Counted from the stretch's first letter, positions 24,478-33,267 are shown. The stretch: 43,911 nucleotides of DNA from Planctomycetaceae bacterium (GCA_027486095.1 JAIXPT010000114.1:1-43911); one strand, 5' to 3'. Translations and numbers: made by a program. The notes: generated by a model from the sequence alone, not told the origin.

Positions 24478-26532
24478 GTGGTTGCACCTCAGTACAGTTC
24501 GGAAGATGCCGCGAGGATCAAATCGCTCCTCCTGAACGGGCTGTCTGTGAACGAAGTGGCCGCGGCTACAGGCTTCACTCCGTACACAGTCACGGCCGCC
24601 GTGTCCGCCACGGAAGGCATGACGATCCCAGAGTTTCGCCACGCCAACAACCAGACATCGCCTCCGACGCAGGTCTCGCCGCCGACTGGCCCGAAGCCGC
24701 TGCTGCCGCGCACGCGCATTCCTGTGTCAGGCGCGCGGAAGTCCACCCGCACGCTGGCCGCCAAGACGTGTCCGTTTTGCAGACAGCCATTCACGCCTCG
24801 GAAAGAATCGCAGAAGTTCTGTTCGCACTCCTGTAGCAGCAAGGCCACGGTGCCTCGCGAGCGGCGGAGGCGAGTCAAGATTTCGAAGACCTGCGAGAAG
24901 TGTGGGACGCCTTACGACACCTTTCGGCCAACCCAGCGTTATTGCAGTGACGCGTGTCGAATTGCCCGAATCTCAGCCGACAAGACGTGGCTCACCGAAA
25001 TTCCCTGCAAGTTCTGCGACAAAATGTTTCGGCCTCCGCAACGGGGTTACAAGTTCTGCAGCCGGCCGTGTGCCTATAAGGGAAAAGCCGCAGGCAGTTT
25101 CGTCAGGGGAACCATCGCGATGCCGGACGGAGCACGTGTGCCCTACATAGGCACGTACGAGCTCGTGTTCCTCCTGTATGCGGCCAAGCATCCCGAGGAG
25201 TTCCCCCACGTTGCTCCGTGGTCGGTCGGGATCCCGTACGAACTCGATGGCAAACGACACACGTACTACCCTGACTTTCTCGTCGAGTGTGCCGGCAAAC
25301 AGCCGCTCATGGTCGAACTGAAGTCATCACGAACAATCGAGTTCTCCCAGTCTCGCCATGAGGCCAAGGTCGCTGCTGCTCGAGCATGGTGCGCCAGTAA
25401 CTCGCACGACTATCTGCTGCTGGGTGAATGGGAAGATGCGTTTCGCCGCATGTGCGACTTTGTGCGGGAGCGTCATAACGTCGACGCGCTTGCGCAGCGA
25501 TCGCGTGAGGACAGCAAGGTTGAGGATCGGCATTGCATCGAGTGCGGCGGCCTCATTCCACGCAAAGCGCCGTCGATTTATCGCACCCGCGTGTTCTGCT
25601 CGACGGAATGCCGCAACAAATCCGACAAACGCAAGAAGCCGATCCTGCCCTCCAGTCGGCACACGTGCCCAACGTGCAAGAAGCCGTTCACGGGATGGAA
25701 GCGGAGAAAGTATTGCTCGAAAGCTTGCTACACCGCTGCGCAGCAGACGTTGGCACCACGGCCATGCGCTGTGTGCGGAACCACCTTCCAGCCAACGAGC
25801 GCAAAGAGCGTGGCATGTGATTTGGAATGCGGGACCATCTATCGCGCTGCATCCCGTATGGGCCTGTCAGCAGAAGCCTATCGCGAGCGACAGCGGGCCG
25901 AGGTGGAGGCCCTCCCGGCGGAGGCGACCTGCAGTCGTGGCGAGAAGGTGTTCAAGCCCACTCTTGCAAACCGGAAGCATTGTCGGTGGTGTCGCGATGC
26001 AGGTGGAGATGCATGGACTCTCGAAACCATGCTCGCCAGGCTGAGGGCGATTCGGCAACATCTCGGCGGCAGGGTGCCGACATACTCCGAGATCTACGAC
26101 GATGCCGATCTCAAGGCACAATTCAACAGCTGTTCGCTTGCGGGAGCTTTATTTCGATTCAACCAAGACCAGGGCATCGCGAGCTACGCCGATTTCTGCA
26201 AGAAATATCTTGATTGGGACGTGCCGAGAAAACTGACCAAAGCACGGACGGCATGGGTGCTTGAGGAACTGGTCCGAACATGTGGCGGTGTGCCAGTCGG
26301 GGTTAGTCAGATGGAGTCGGTGTTTGGCCACCGAGGCATGACGCTCATGGCCGCAATCAAAAAACACTTCGGCAAGACGCTTGATGAATACTGTGCTGCC
26401 AAAAGGCTCAAGAGAGTAACGGCCGAGGCGGCTCGTCGTGCGCTCGACAGCGCGGCTCTGCCGGCGGGCGTAGCAAGGGGCGCGGCCCCAACGGCACGCG
26501 TTGGACGTCCCCCTCGACGGAGTTATCCTTGA
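24478..26532 (+). CDS. Multi-zinc-ribbon (FCS-type) protein with an N-terminal HTH and a central TnsA-N/PD-(D/E)xK-like nuclease core; no characterised relative known to me
   Basis: HTH-like LLLNGLSVNEVAAATGFTPYTV. Repeats CPFCRQPF..KFCSHSC, CEKCGTPY..RYCSDAC, CKFCDKMF..KFCSRPC, CIECGGLI..VFCSTEC, CPTCKKPF..KYCSKAC, CAVCGTTF..VACDLEC, plus a degenerate ..KHCRWC. Nuclease-like YELV...HTYYPDFLVE...MVELK. GTG start. Confidence 0.8.
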   Translation: MVAPQYSSEDAARIKSLLLNGLSVNEVAAATGFTPYTVTAAVSATEGMTIPEFRHANNQTSPPTQVSPPTGPKPLLPRTRIPVSGARKSTRTLAAKTCPFCRQPFTPRKESQKFCSHSCSSKATVPRERRRRVKISKTCEKCGTPYDTFRPTQRYCSDACRIARISADKTWLTEIPCKFCDKMFRPPQRGYKFCSRPCAYKGKAAGSFVRGTIAMPDGARVPYIGTYELVFLLYAAKHPEEFPHVAPWSVGIPYELDGKRHTYYPDFLVECAGKQPLMVELKSSRTIEFSQSRHEAKVAAARAWCASNSHDYLLLGEWEDAFRRMCDFVRERHNVDALAQRSREDSKVEDRHCIECGGLIPRKAPSIYRTRVFCSTECRNKSDKRKKPILPSSRHTCPTCKKPFTGWKRRKYCSKACYTAAQQTLAPRPCAVCGTTFQPTSAKSVACDLECGTIYRAASRMGLSAEAYRERQRAEVEALPAEATCSRGEKVFKPTLANRKHCRWCRDAGGDAWTLETMLARLRAIRQHLGGRVPTYSEIYDDADLKAQFNSCSLAGALFRFNQDQGIASYADFCKKYLDWDVPRKLTKARTAWVLEELVRTCGGVPVGVSQMESVFGHRGMTLMAAIKKHFGKTLDEYCAAKRLKRVTAEAARRALDSAALPAGVARGAAPTARVGRPPRRSYP

Positions 26533-26619
26533 CCCATTGTTGGGTTGACCGAAACGCGAGGTCGAATGCCTAAGGCCGGCATTCGTATCTCTTTAGGCAC
26601 CGCCTGATGAACGTCACGC

Positions 26620-29600
26620 ATGACAACGCAGCAAACCTCTTCAGACATTCGGGCCTTAGTGCAGGCTGCCGGTCGAATTTGGGTTCGCCGCCTCATCGAC
26701 TACTCTCGGTCGAACTCGTTGCTCTTTTACCGCGACCTCAAGGTCGGCACGTTCGATTTAACGCCCTATAAAGGCGCGTCTGAGAAGCTGCTGTCCGGTG
26801 ATGCGCTCACCGTGGATCAGCTTCTCGCGATGCGACCGCGACAGCAGCAGCGTGATCCTGTTGCGCGCGAGCGGGCTGAGGAGGAGGCGAGGCAGAAGAT
26901 TCGTACGGTCTTCGTCGCGCTGCGCCGGAAAGCCCTAGGAAACCTCGAAGAGAAGGGCATCCAGACACTTCACCTGGCCGTCGGCATGGCTACATGGCCA
27001 GCCGCCGATGGTGGCCGTCCATATGCGGCACCGATCTTGCTGGTCCCCGCGACGATCGACTCGCGAGGGCGCTCCGGTAATGACTTGCGGCTGGCCGCAA
27101 CCGGCGAACCCCGCCTGAATCCTGTGCTGCTCTCCGTTCTAGAGGAATCGCAGGACGTGCGGATTGACGCCGCGGCCGTAGTAAAGGAATGCAGCGAGGA
27201 GGGGGAAACAGGGCAGTGGCGCATCGAGCCGGAGAAAGTCTTTGCTGCCATTCGGGCTCGGACACGGTCTGTGAACCAGTTCGCAATTGAGAGCCGGTGC
27301 ATCGTTGCGAACTTTCAGTTCGCCAAGATGGCGATGGTGGAGGACTTGAAGCGAAACGAAGACGCCATGGCGTCGAGCCCCTTTATCGCAGCGATTGCCG
27401 GCCATTCCTCGTCTCGGCAGCAATTGGCCCAGGCCAGTTTTGATGTCGAGCCCCGGCAACTGGACGAAATGCCCAGTGATACGGACTTTCTCGTCCTCGA
27501 TGCTGACTCAACCCAGCAGCGGGCCATTGTCGCAGTAGGGAAGGGCCTCAACTGCGTCGTCCAAGGCCCTCCTGGCACAGGCAAAAGTCAGACGATTGCA
27601 AATCTCATCGCGCAGAGCGTGGCGGAGGGAAAGCGGGTTCTGTTCGTCGCGGAAAAGCGGGCAGCACTCGATGCGGTTCTCAAGCGGCTCACGCATCCGG
27701 ACGTCGGCTTGGGCCACCTCATACTCGATCTGCACGGGGCATCGGTGTCTCGTAAGGATGTGATGGCGAAGTTGGCACGGACGCTCGAAAGCATTCGTCA
27801 GAGTTTGCCGGTCGAGGGAGCGGAAAACGTTTATCGTGAATTCGATGCTCGCCGCAGAAAGCTCAACGAGCATGCTCGCCTCGTGAACACAAGCCGGGCT
27901 CCCACGGGCCTATCCATGAATCGCGTGATCGGTCGTTTGTTGCGGCTTCCCAAGGAGGCAGCATCACAGATGCGATTCCGCGGCGATGCGTTTGGGAGGC
28001 TGACGCAGGAACGCGCCGAGGAAATCAAGCGGCTGTTGAGGGAATGCGGCGCTAGTCGATCGCTGTTCTTGGGCGAAGATGCTTCGCCCTGGAACGCTGC
28101 CGCCCTCACGGACGGGCGGAAAGCTCAGCAAGCAGTGGACTTGGCCGGGAAGCTGGCCCGAGAGTTGCTTCCTCGAGCCGACAAGCTTCTTACGGAATGG
28201 ACCCGGAGTTCCGGAGTCACCAAGCCTAATGCGGTAGAAACCGCATTTACGCTGGCACGTTGGATCGTCGACACCGAGAGCTATCGGCAGAAGTTCAAGC
28301 CCGAGATATTCAGTTCTGCGCCGGCAAGCCTGGCAGCCGCGCTCGCACCTGCCAAACGCGGTGCCGTGTTGGCACTGTGGGCCTGGCTTTCCGACGGCAA
28401 ATACCGAGCGGCGCGCAGACAAATGCGGCGTCTCGCGATTGCCGACACGCCCGTGGATCAGTTGCAGGCGGGAGCACTGCGGGCCGCGGAGCTTGTGACG
28501 CAATGGAAGAAAGTCCGACCTGCAGGCGGTGTGCCCGATACGAGCACGGCGAAAGACTTGCTGGGGTGCTTGTCAAAGCTCTCGGCGGCACTCAAGGAAT
28601 TCCATGCGTTATCGGGGCTCGACGTCGCCAAGGGATTGAGTTTCGCGGATTCGCAAGCCCGCGTGGAGTCGCTGGCAGCGGATCAGCGGACGCCCTATCA
28701 ACTCCCGTCGGTCCATGAACTCCGGCGGCAGATTCGGGATCAAGGGCTTGAGCAGCTTCTTCAGGAGCTCCGGTCGCAGAATCTCCCCGAGAGCCTGTGG
28801 GAGCAGAGGTTTGAATACGTGTGGCTGCACTCGGCCTTGGACAACATATTGGCATCTGAGCCAGCGTTGGCCAGTTTTAATGGCCGAACGCATGAGCACA
28901 TGATCGAGGAGTTTCGGCGGCTCGACCGTGAGCGAATTGGGCTCGCCGCGGCTCGTGTGCGCCGACTGCACGCGGAGCGCGCCGTTGCCGCGCTAAACGA
29001 GCACTTTGATCAGGGCAACCTGGTTCGATCCGAGGCCAGGAAACAGGCGAGGCATATTCCTCTCCGTGATCTCCTCTCCCGGGCGCCCGACGTCCTCACG
29101 CGGGTTGCGCCATGTTGGATCGCGAGCCCACTTTCCGTCAGTCAACTTCTCGACGGAGGAAAACGGCACTTCGATATCGTCATATTCGACGAAGCAAGCC
29201 AAATCCTCCAGGAAGAGGCGATGCCGGCGCTATGGCGAGCAGAACAGGTTGTCGTGGCTGGGGATCGACATCAGTTGCCGCCCACGACCTTCTTCGCCAC
29301 AGCCGTGGACGGGGAAGACATGACGGAAGAAGAGAAAGCGGGCGCCGAGGCGGCAATGACCGCCACCAGTGCCGTCGGCGGCTTCGAAAGCCTGTTGGCC
29401 ACGCTCGAGGCGTTTCTGCCGAACTGCCCGCTCGAATGGCATTATCGCAGCGAGGACGAGAGGCTTATTGCGTTTAGTAATGAGCACATCTATGGCGGGC
29501 GTCTCGTCACCTTTCCGACCGCCAGAACCCATGAAGCGGTGCGCCATGTGCTGGTTGCGCATGACCGCGCCTTGGGCGGTCAGGAGGAGAGCGCATCGAG

Positions 29601-30744
29601 GGAAGTCGAGGAAATCGTGCGCCTTGTAATCGAGCATGCTCAGACGCGTCCTGAGGAATCGCTCGGCGTCATCGCCATGGGTATTAAGCATGCCAATCGG
29701 GTCCAGGCGGCACTGGACCGAGCGCTGGAAGCTCGCGCGGATCTCGCGGAGTTCTTCTCGCTGGACCGAGATGAACGCTTCTTCGTCAAGAATCTTGAGA
29801 CAGTTCAAGGCGATGAGCGAGAGGCGATCATTCTGACCATCGGTTACGGCAAGGCTGCTAATGGGGATTTGCCACACCGGTTTGGCCCCCTCACGCACGA
29901 GGCCGGGCATAGACGGCTCAATGTGGCCGTCACGCGAGCCAAACGTCGGATGACGGTCGTAAGCTCGTTTGCCCATCATGAGATCGATCTCGCCCGATCC
30001 GGCAGCAAAGGCGTTCAGTTGCTCAAGGCATATCTGGAGTACGCGGCCAGCGGCGGTACCCGGCTGGCGCTGGCAGAGGTCGCCGGTGAAGTGCCCTTGA
30101 ATCCTTTTGAAGCTGATGTGCAAGACGCTCTCGAAGCGGCTGGGATTCACACGCGACCCCAGTTTGGAGCATCTCGCTACCGGATCGATTTGGTGGCCAT
30201 GCATCCGCAGAAAAAAGGCCGAGCGGTCCTTGCGATCGAGTGTGACGGAGCCACGTATCACTCCAGCTCGACGGCGCGAGATCGCGACCGTTTGCGTCAA
30301 ATGCACCTTCAACGCCTCGGCTGGCGATTCCACCGCATCTGGTCAACTGACTGGTTCTTCAGTCGGGAATCGGAAATGGCACGGCTCGTAGCCGCCTTTA
30401 GTGATGCGGTTGAGCGGGCAGATGAAGCGGATTCTGGAGAGGGGCGTGAAGAAGCCGAGGAGGAGCGACACGAGGCGATCGTGAATCAGCCGGCGGTTGC
30501 GGTCATGCAGGCCTCTCGGGGGCCAAAGCCAAGTATTCGGCGTCGGGACTCTATCGACAGCTACACAAACGGGGAATTTCAGCAGCTTGCGGAGTGGATT
30601 GCATCAGACGGCCTTCTGCGCACCGACGACGAATTCGTTCGGTGCATGCTCGACGAGTTGCCCTTTAATCGTCTCGGTGCCCGCATCCGTGAACGTCTGG
30701 AGGGTGTCGTGCGGCAGATGACGCGAACGCGGCGCCCACGGTAA
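26620..30744 (+). CDS. DUF4011 / SF1 (Upf1-like) helicase / DUF559-Vsr-like endonuclease / DUF3320 protein (Hhe-like single-gene defence architecture)
   Basis: Motif I VQGPPGTGKSQTIANLI. Motif II DIVIFDEASQI. VVAGDRHQLPPT. VQGDEREAIILT. NVAVTRAKRRMTVV. Then YRIDLV..LAIECDGATYH..RDRDRLRQ..LGWRFHRIWSTDWF, followed by a ~150-aa tail. Confidence 0.9.
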   Translation: MTTQQTSSDIRALVQAAGRIWVRRLIDYSRSNSLLFYRDLKVGTFDLTPYKGASEKLLSGDALTVDQLLAMRPRQQQRDPVARERAEEEARQKIRTVFVALRRKALGNLEEKGIQTLHLAVGMATWPAADGGRPYAAPILLVPATIDSRGRSGNDLRLAATGEPRLNPVLLSVLEESQDVRIDAAAVVKECSEEGETGQWRIEPEKVFAAIRARTRSVNQFAIESRCIVANFQFAKMAMVEDLKRNEDAMASSPFIAAIAGHSSSRQQLAQASFDVEPRQLDEMPSDTDFLVLDADSTQQRAIVAVGKGLNCVVQGPPGTGKSQTIANLIAQSVAEGKRVLFVAEKRAALDAVLKRLTHPDVGLGHLILDLHGASVSRKDVMAKLARTLESIRQSLPVEGAENVYREFDARRRKLNEHARLVNTSRAPTGLSMNRVIGRLLRLPKEAASQMRFRGDAFGRLTQERAEEIKRLLRECGASRSLFLGEDASPWNAAALTDGRKAQQAVDLAGKLARELLPRADKLLTEWTRSSGVTKPNAVETAFTLARWIVDTESYRQKFKPEIFSSAPASLAAALAPAKRGAVLALWAWLSDGKYRAARRQMRRLAIADTPVDQLQAGALRAAELVTQWKKVRPAGGVPDTSTAKDLLGCLSKLSAALKEFHALSGLDVAKGLSFADSQARVESLAADQRTPYQLPSVHELRRQIRDQGLEQLLQELRSQNLPESLWEQRFEYVWLHSALDNILASEPALASFNGRTHEHMIEEFRRLDRERIGLAAARVRRLHAERAVAALNEHFDQGNLVRSEARKQARHIPLRDLLSRAPDVLTRVAPCWIASPLSVSQLLDGGKRHFDIVIFDEASQILQEEAMPALWRAEQVVVAGDRHQLPPTTFFATAVDGEDMTEEEKAGAEAAMTATSAVGGFESLLATLEAFLPNCPLEWHYRSEDERLIAFSNEHIYGGRLVTFPTARTHEAVRHVLVAHDRALGGQEESASREVEEIVRLVIEHAQTRPEESLGVIAMGIKHANRVQAALDRALEARADLAEFFSLDRDERFFVKNLETVQGDEREAIILTIGYGKAANGDLPHRFGPLTHEAGHRRLNVAVTRAKRRMTVVSSFAHHEIDLARSGSKGVQLLKAYLEYAASGGTRLALAEVAGEVPLNPFEADVQDALEAAGIHTRPQFGASRYRIDLVAMHPQKKGRAVLAIECDGATYHSSSTARDRDRLRQMHLQRLGWRFHRIWSTDWFFSRESEMARLVAAFSDAVERADEADSGEGREEAEEERHEAIVNQPAVAVMQASRGPKPSIRRRDSIDSYTNGEFQQLAEWIASDGLLRTDDEFVRCMLDELPFNRLGARIRERLEGVVRQMTRTRRPR

Positions 30745-31257
30745 CGACTCAATTCGACTCCTGGTTCGTAGGCGACCGGATCGTCCTTTGCTGAGTCGTT
30801 CGAATGCGAGCTGAGCGAGAGCGTTCCACGTTGATGCAATGTGAGAGAAGGGCATGCGTTGTTGTGCCTGACGCCCGCGTCCCATTTGTGGCCGAGCAGG
30901 TGCCGCAGCAGTGCCAGAAGCGAACGCGACGGACTGTCGGGGCTTGGGATCGTTCGGAATGGCTTGCTGGAGATGCAACGGGCGTATAACCGCCGACTCC
31001 AACGTTGAGTCTCCTCCTCACCCGGTGGTGCGGCACGGGGGCCTCCGGCCTTTGCTCGGCAGCCGGGCGGCCATTGCCGCCAAGGGTGGGCGTCGGCACT
31101 TCTGCGATATGAGTGCGGGGGTTCTGTATGCCCCCCGAGATCGCGTCGCCCTAAAAAACCGTTTTCCGCCGCTCTTTCGGCATAATTCCGCTTCTGAATG
31201 TCAAGGTTTCTTGCAAAAAAACTTGACACATGGGCTGGATTGGCCGAAAGTATCTAC

Positions 31258-32043
31258 ATGAGCACGCATGCCGCCACCGCCGGAATCCGCCAGCGATCGA
31301 TCGTGGGCCGCGTCCGGGCTCGGATCGAGGGGGGCGGCGAGCGCGTGTGGCGAGCTACTGATTTTCAGAGTGCCGACCGGGCATGGACCGCTCAGGCAAT
31401 CGCCCAGGCGCTGTCGCGGCTTTCCCGGCAGGGATTGGTGCGGCGGCTAGGCAAAGGCCTTTATTACCGCGGTCGGGAGACGGCGTTCGGCCCCAGCCTG
31501 CCAAGCCCCGCGATGGTGCAGAGTCTGCCGATCGCTGGTCGGAAGGTTTTTCCGTCGGGGCACGCCGCGGCCAGCATGCTTGGGCTCACGACGCAGCAGC
31601 CATCCCGCCCCGAAATCGCCACTACGGGCGGGAGCCTTCCCCGTCTGATCGTGGGCAAGCAAACCGTCATCCGTACCCGGCGACCGGAGTCCTGGCGGTC
31701 GCTCGATGCCGAGGATGCCGTGGTCTTGGAAGTTTTGCGGCAGCGCGGCTCAACCAGCGAGCTTTCAGCCGATGAAACCGTCAGGCGCCTGTTGGCGGTC
31801 GTCAACAAACCAGGGCGGTTCGTCAGGCTGTGCCGTGTGGCGGCGTCCGAGCCGCCGAGGGTGCGCGCCATGCTGGGTGCGATAGGGCAACAGTTGAGGC
31901 GGTCGCCCCGGGAGCTCGCGCGGTTGCGGGGTACCCTGAACACCTTGTCGAAATTTGATTTCGGAAAGCTGGCCGCCCTGAAGCATGCAGCTGAATGGCA
32001 GGCTCGACTGGAGAGGTCGCGTGCGTCTGTTTCAGCATCCTGA
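31258..32043 (+). CDS. AbiEi-family (type IV TA) antitoxin-like transcriptional regulator
   Basis: RVWRATDFQS...AQAIAQALSRLSRQGLVRRLGKGLYY is the wHTH N-terminus typical of AbiEi/DUF6088. It overlaps the downstream AbiEii gene. Start set at ATG 31258. Confidence 0.75.
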   Translation: MSTHAATAGIRQRSIVGRVRARIEGGGERVWRATDFQSADRAWTAQAIAQALSRLSRQGLVRRLGKGLYYRGRETAFGPSLPSPAMVQSLPIAGRKVFPSGHAAASMLGLTTQQPSRPEIATTGGSLPRLIVGKQTVIRTRRPESWRSLDAEDAVVLEVLRQRGSTSELSADETVRRLLAVVNKPGRFVRLCRVAASEPPRVRAMLGAIGQQLRRSPRELARLRGTLNTLSKFDFGKLAALKHAAEWQARLERSRASVSAS

Positions 32044-32983
32044 TTTTGGTCAGGCGATTCTGCGGGCGGCGGAGCATTTCGCAGCCCGGAAGCTGCGGCC
32101 GGCAGTCATCGAGAAGGATTATTACGTCACCGAAGCCCTCCGGATCATCGCCGAATGCGAGGGGGACAGGGCGATTTTCAAGGGCGGCACGAGCCTGTCG
32201 AAAGGCTGGGGGCTGATCGAGCGGTTTTCTGAGGATGTCGACGTGTTCATCGACATCTGCGGCGATGACCCCATGCCAGGCACGAAATCCATCGATACCC
32301 ACCTGCGGACGATACGGAATGCCATCGATCAGCATCCTGGCCTTGCCTTCAGCAAAGATCAGAGCACGACGAGCAAGGGGCTGAAGCGGGCCGATCGCTT
32401 CCTGTACGACGAGCGTATTCCCGAGATCGGTGGCCTTTCGCCGGGCGTTCTCGTTGAAACGATGGTCGCCAGCGGCAAGGCGCCGACGGAGCGGCGGCAG
32501 ATCGCTTCCTTCGTCGGCGAATTTCTTCGTGAGACAGACACGACCCTCGGATGCGATGACGAACAGCCGTTCGAAATGCTCCTGCTTCACTTTCGTCGCA
32601 CCTTCGTTGAAAAGCTGTTCGCCATTCACGCCAAGGTTGAAATCCTGAAGCAGACGGGTGAGCCGCTTGGCTCGTATGCCCGCCACTACTACGACCTCTA
32701 CTGCCTTGCGGAGAGGCCGGAGGTTCTGGCGATGCTCAAGTCGGACGAGTATGCGGTGATAAAGGCCGACTACGCCCGAATCAGCCAGGAGTTCTACGTC
32801 CGTGACTTCATCCCGCCGTCGGGGATGAACTTTCAATCGAGCGATGCGTTGTTTCCCGACCAGGCACTCGAGCAAGTACTTGCTCGAAATTACGAGGAGC
32901 AATCCAGCCTGCTGTGCTACGGGGATGCCCCGGGTTGGCAGGACATCAAAGGTCGCCTGTCCCAATTGCGACCACTGTTGTGA
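32021..32983 (+). CDS. AbiEii/AbiGii-family nucleotidyltransferase toxin
   Basis: IEKDYYVTEALR...FKGGTSLSKGWGLIERFSEDVDVFID is the DUF1814 NTase signature. GTG 32021 is preceded by GGAGAGG. ORF-track start 31985 is possible. Confidence 0.85.
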   Translation: MRLFQHPDFGQAILRAAEHFAARKLRPAVIEKDYYVTEALRIIAECEGDRAIFKGGTSLSKGWGLIERFSEDVDVFIDICGDDPMPGTKSIDTHLRTIRNAIDQHPGLAFSKDQSTTSKGLKRADRFLYDERIPEIGGLSPGVLVETMVASGKAPTERRQIASFVGEFLRETDTTLGCDDEQPFEMLLLHFRRTFVEKLFAIHAKVEILKQTGEPLGSYARHYYDLYCLAERPEVLAMLKSDEYAVIKADYARISQEFYVRDFIPPSGMNFQSSDALFPDQALEQVLARNYEEQSSLLCYGDAPGWQDIKGRLSQLRPLL

Positions 32984-33065
32984 GTGTCGTTGGATAAATC
33001 ACCCCTCGAGGGTTGACCCAATAAACGTGCAAACGATGCATGAAAAGGGTCAAAGGATCGAAAGT

Positions 33066-33094
33066 TTGCACATTCGCGCGAGAGGCGTTATGAT
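33066..33094 (+). promoter_or_regulatory. Sigma70-like promoter (TTGCAC-17 nt-TATGAT)
   Basis: TTGCAC at 33066-33071 and TATGAT at 33089-33094, with an exact 17-nt spacer. It lies just upstream of the structured tRNA-like segment. Prediction by eye only. Confidence 0.4.
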
Positions 33095-33100
33095 GCAGAA

Positions 33101-33186
33101 AAATAGGGGTTCCAGGATTTCGAGCCAACCCGGCCGGAAGCGGCTGGGGGTCAAGAGGTCGCAGGTTCAAGTCCTGTCGCCCCGAT
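33101..33186 (+). ncRNA. tRNA-like segment: long hairpin, canonical T-arm and acceptor-like 3' strand, with no matching 5' acceptor strand (attR-type tRNA scar or small tRNA-like RNA)
   Basis: T-arm GCAGG-TTCAAGT-CCTGT (33161-33177), then CGCCCCG-A. Hairpin CCCGGCC-GGAAGC-GGCTGGG (33129-33148) is positioned like a class-II/Sec variable arm. No YGGGGYG within 120 nt upstream. Confidence 0.4.
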
Positions 33187-33198
33187 TCTTTAAGAACG

Positions 33199-33240
33199 AG
33201 GCCCGGCTTTCTTGAAGAAGGCCGGGCCTTTCTCGTTCTG
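33199..33240 (+). terminator. Strong GC-rich hairpin terminator (possibly bidirectional)
   Basis: GGCCCGGC (33200-33207) pairs with GCCGGGCC (33221-33228). The inner TTTCTT/AAGAA extends the stem. It is followed by TTTCTCGTTCT. Confidence 0.7.
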
Positions 33241-33267
33241 CCTGTGGCTTTTGGCCCCGCCCGGGGT

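Noticed and set aside
30579-31229. 216-aa minus-strand ORF spanning the end of the helicase-nuclease gene and the following non-coding stretch
   Set aside because: It overlaps the well-supported + strand gene, has a low-complexity Arg/Ser/Pro-rich composition and has no motif.
33081-33185. Intact tRNA-Sec or class-II tRNA of ~105 nt
   Set aside because: The acceptor would pair at only 5 of 7 positions. No D-stem can be drawn. The only hairpin in the anticodon position has a 9-nt loop without a sensible anticodon context. It also overlaps the -10-like hexamer. tRNAscan-SE or ARAGORN is needed to settle this.
33106-33186. tmRNA (ssrA) call, because the 5' part GGGGTTCCAGGATTTCGAGCC resembles the tmRNA 5' end GGGGCTGATTCTGGATTCGACG
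   Set aside because: Only ~80 nt separate the 5'-like and 3'-like parts, so there is no tag ORF and no pseudoknots. The putative acceptor strands do not pair, and there is no G3-U70 pair. The segment is kept only as a tRNA-like fragment.
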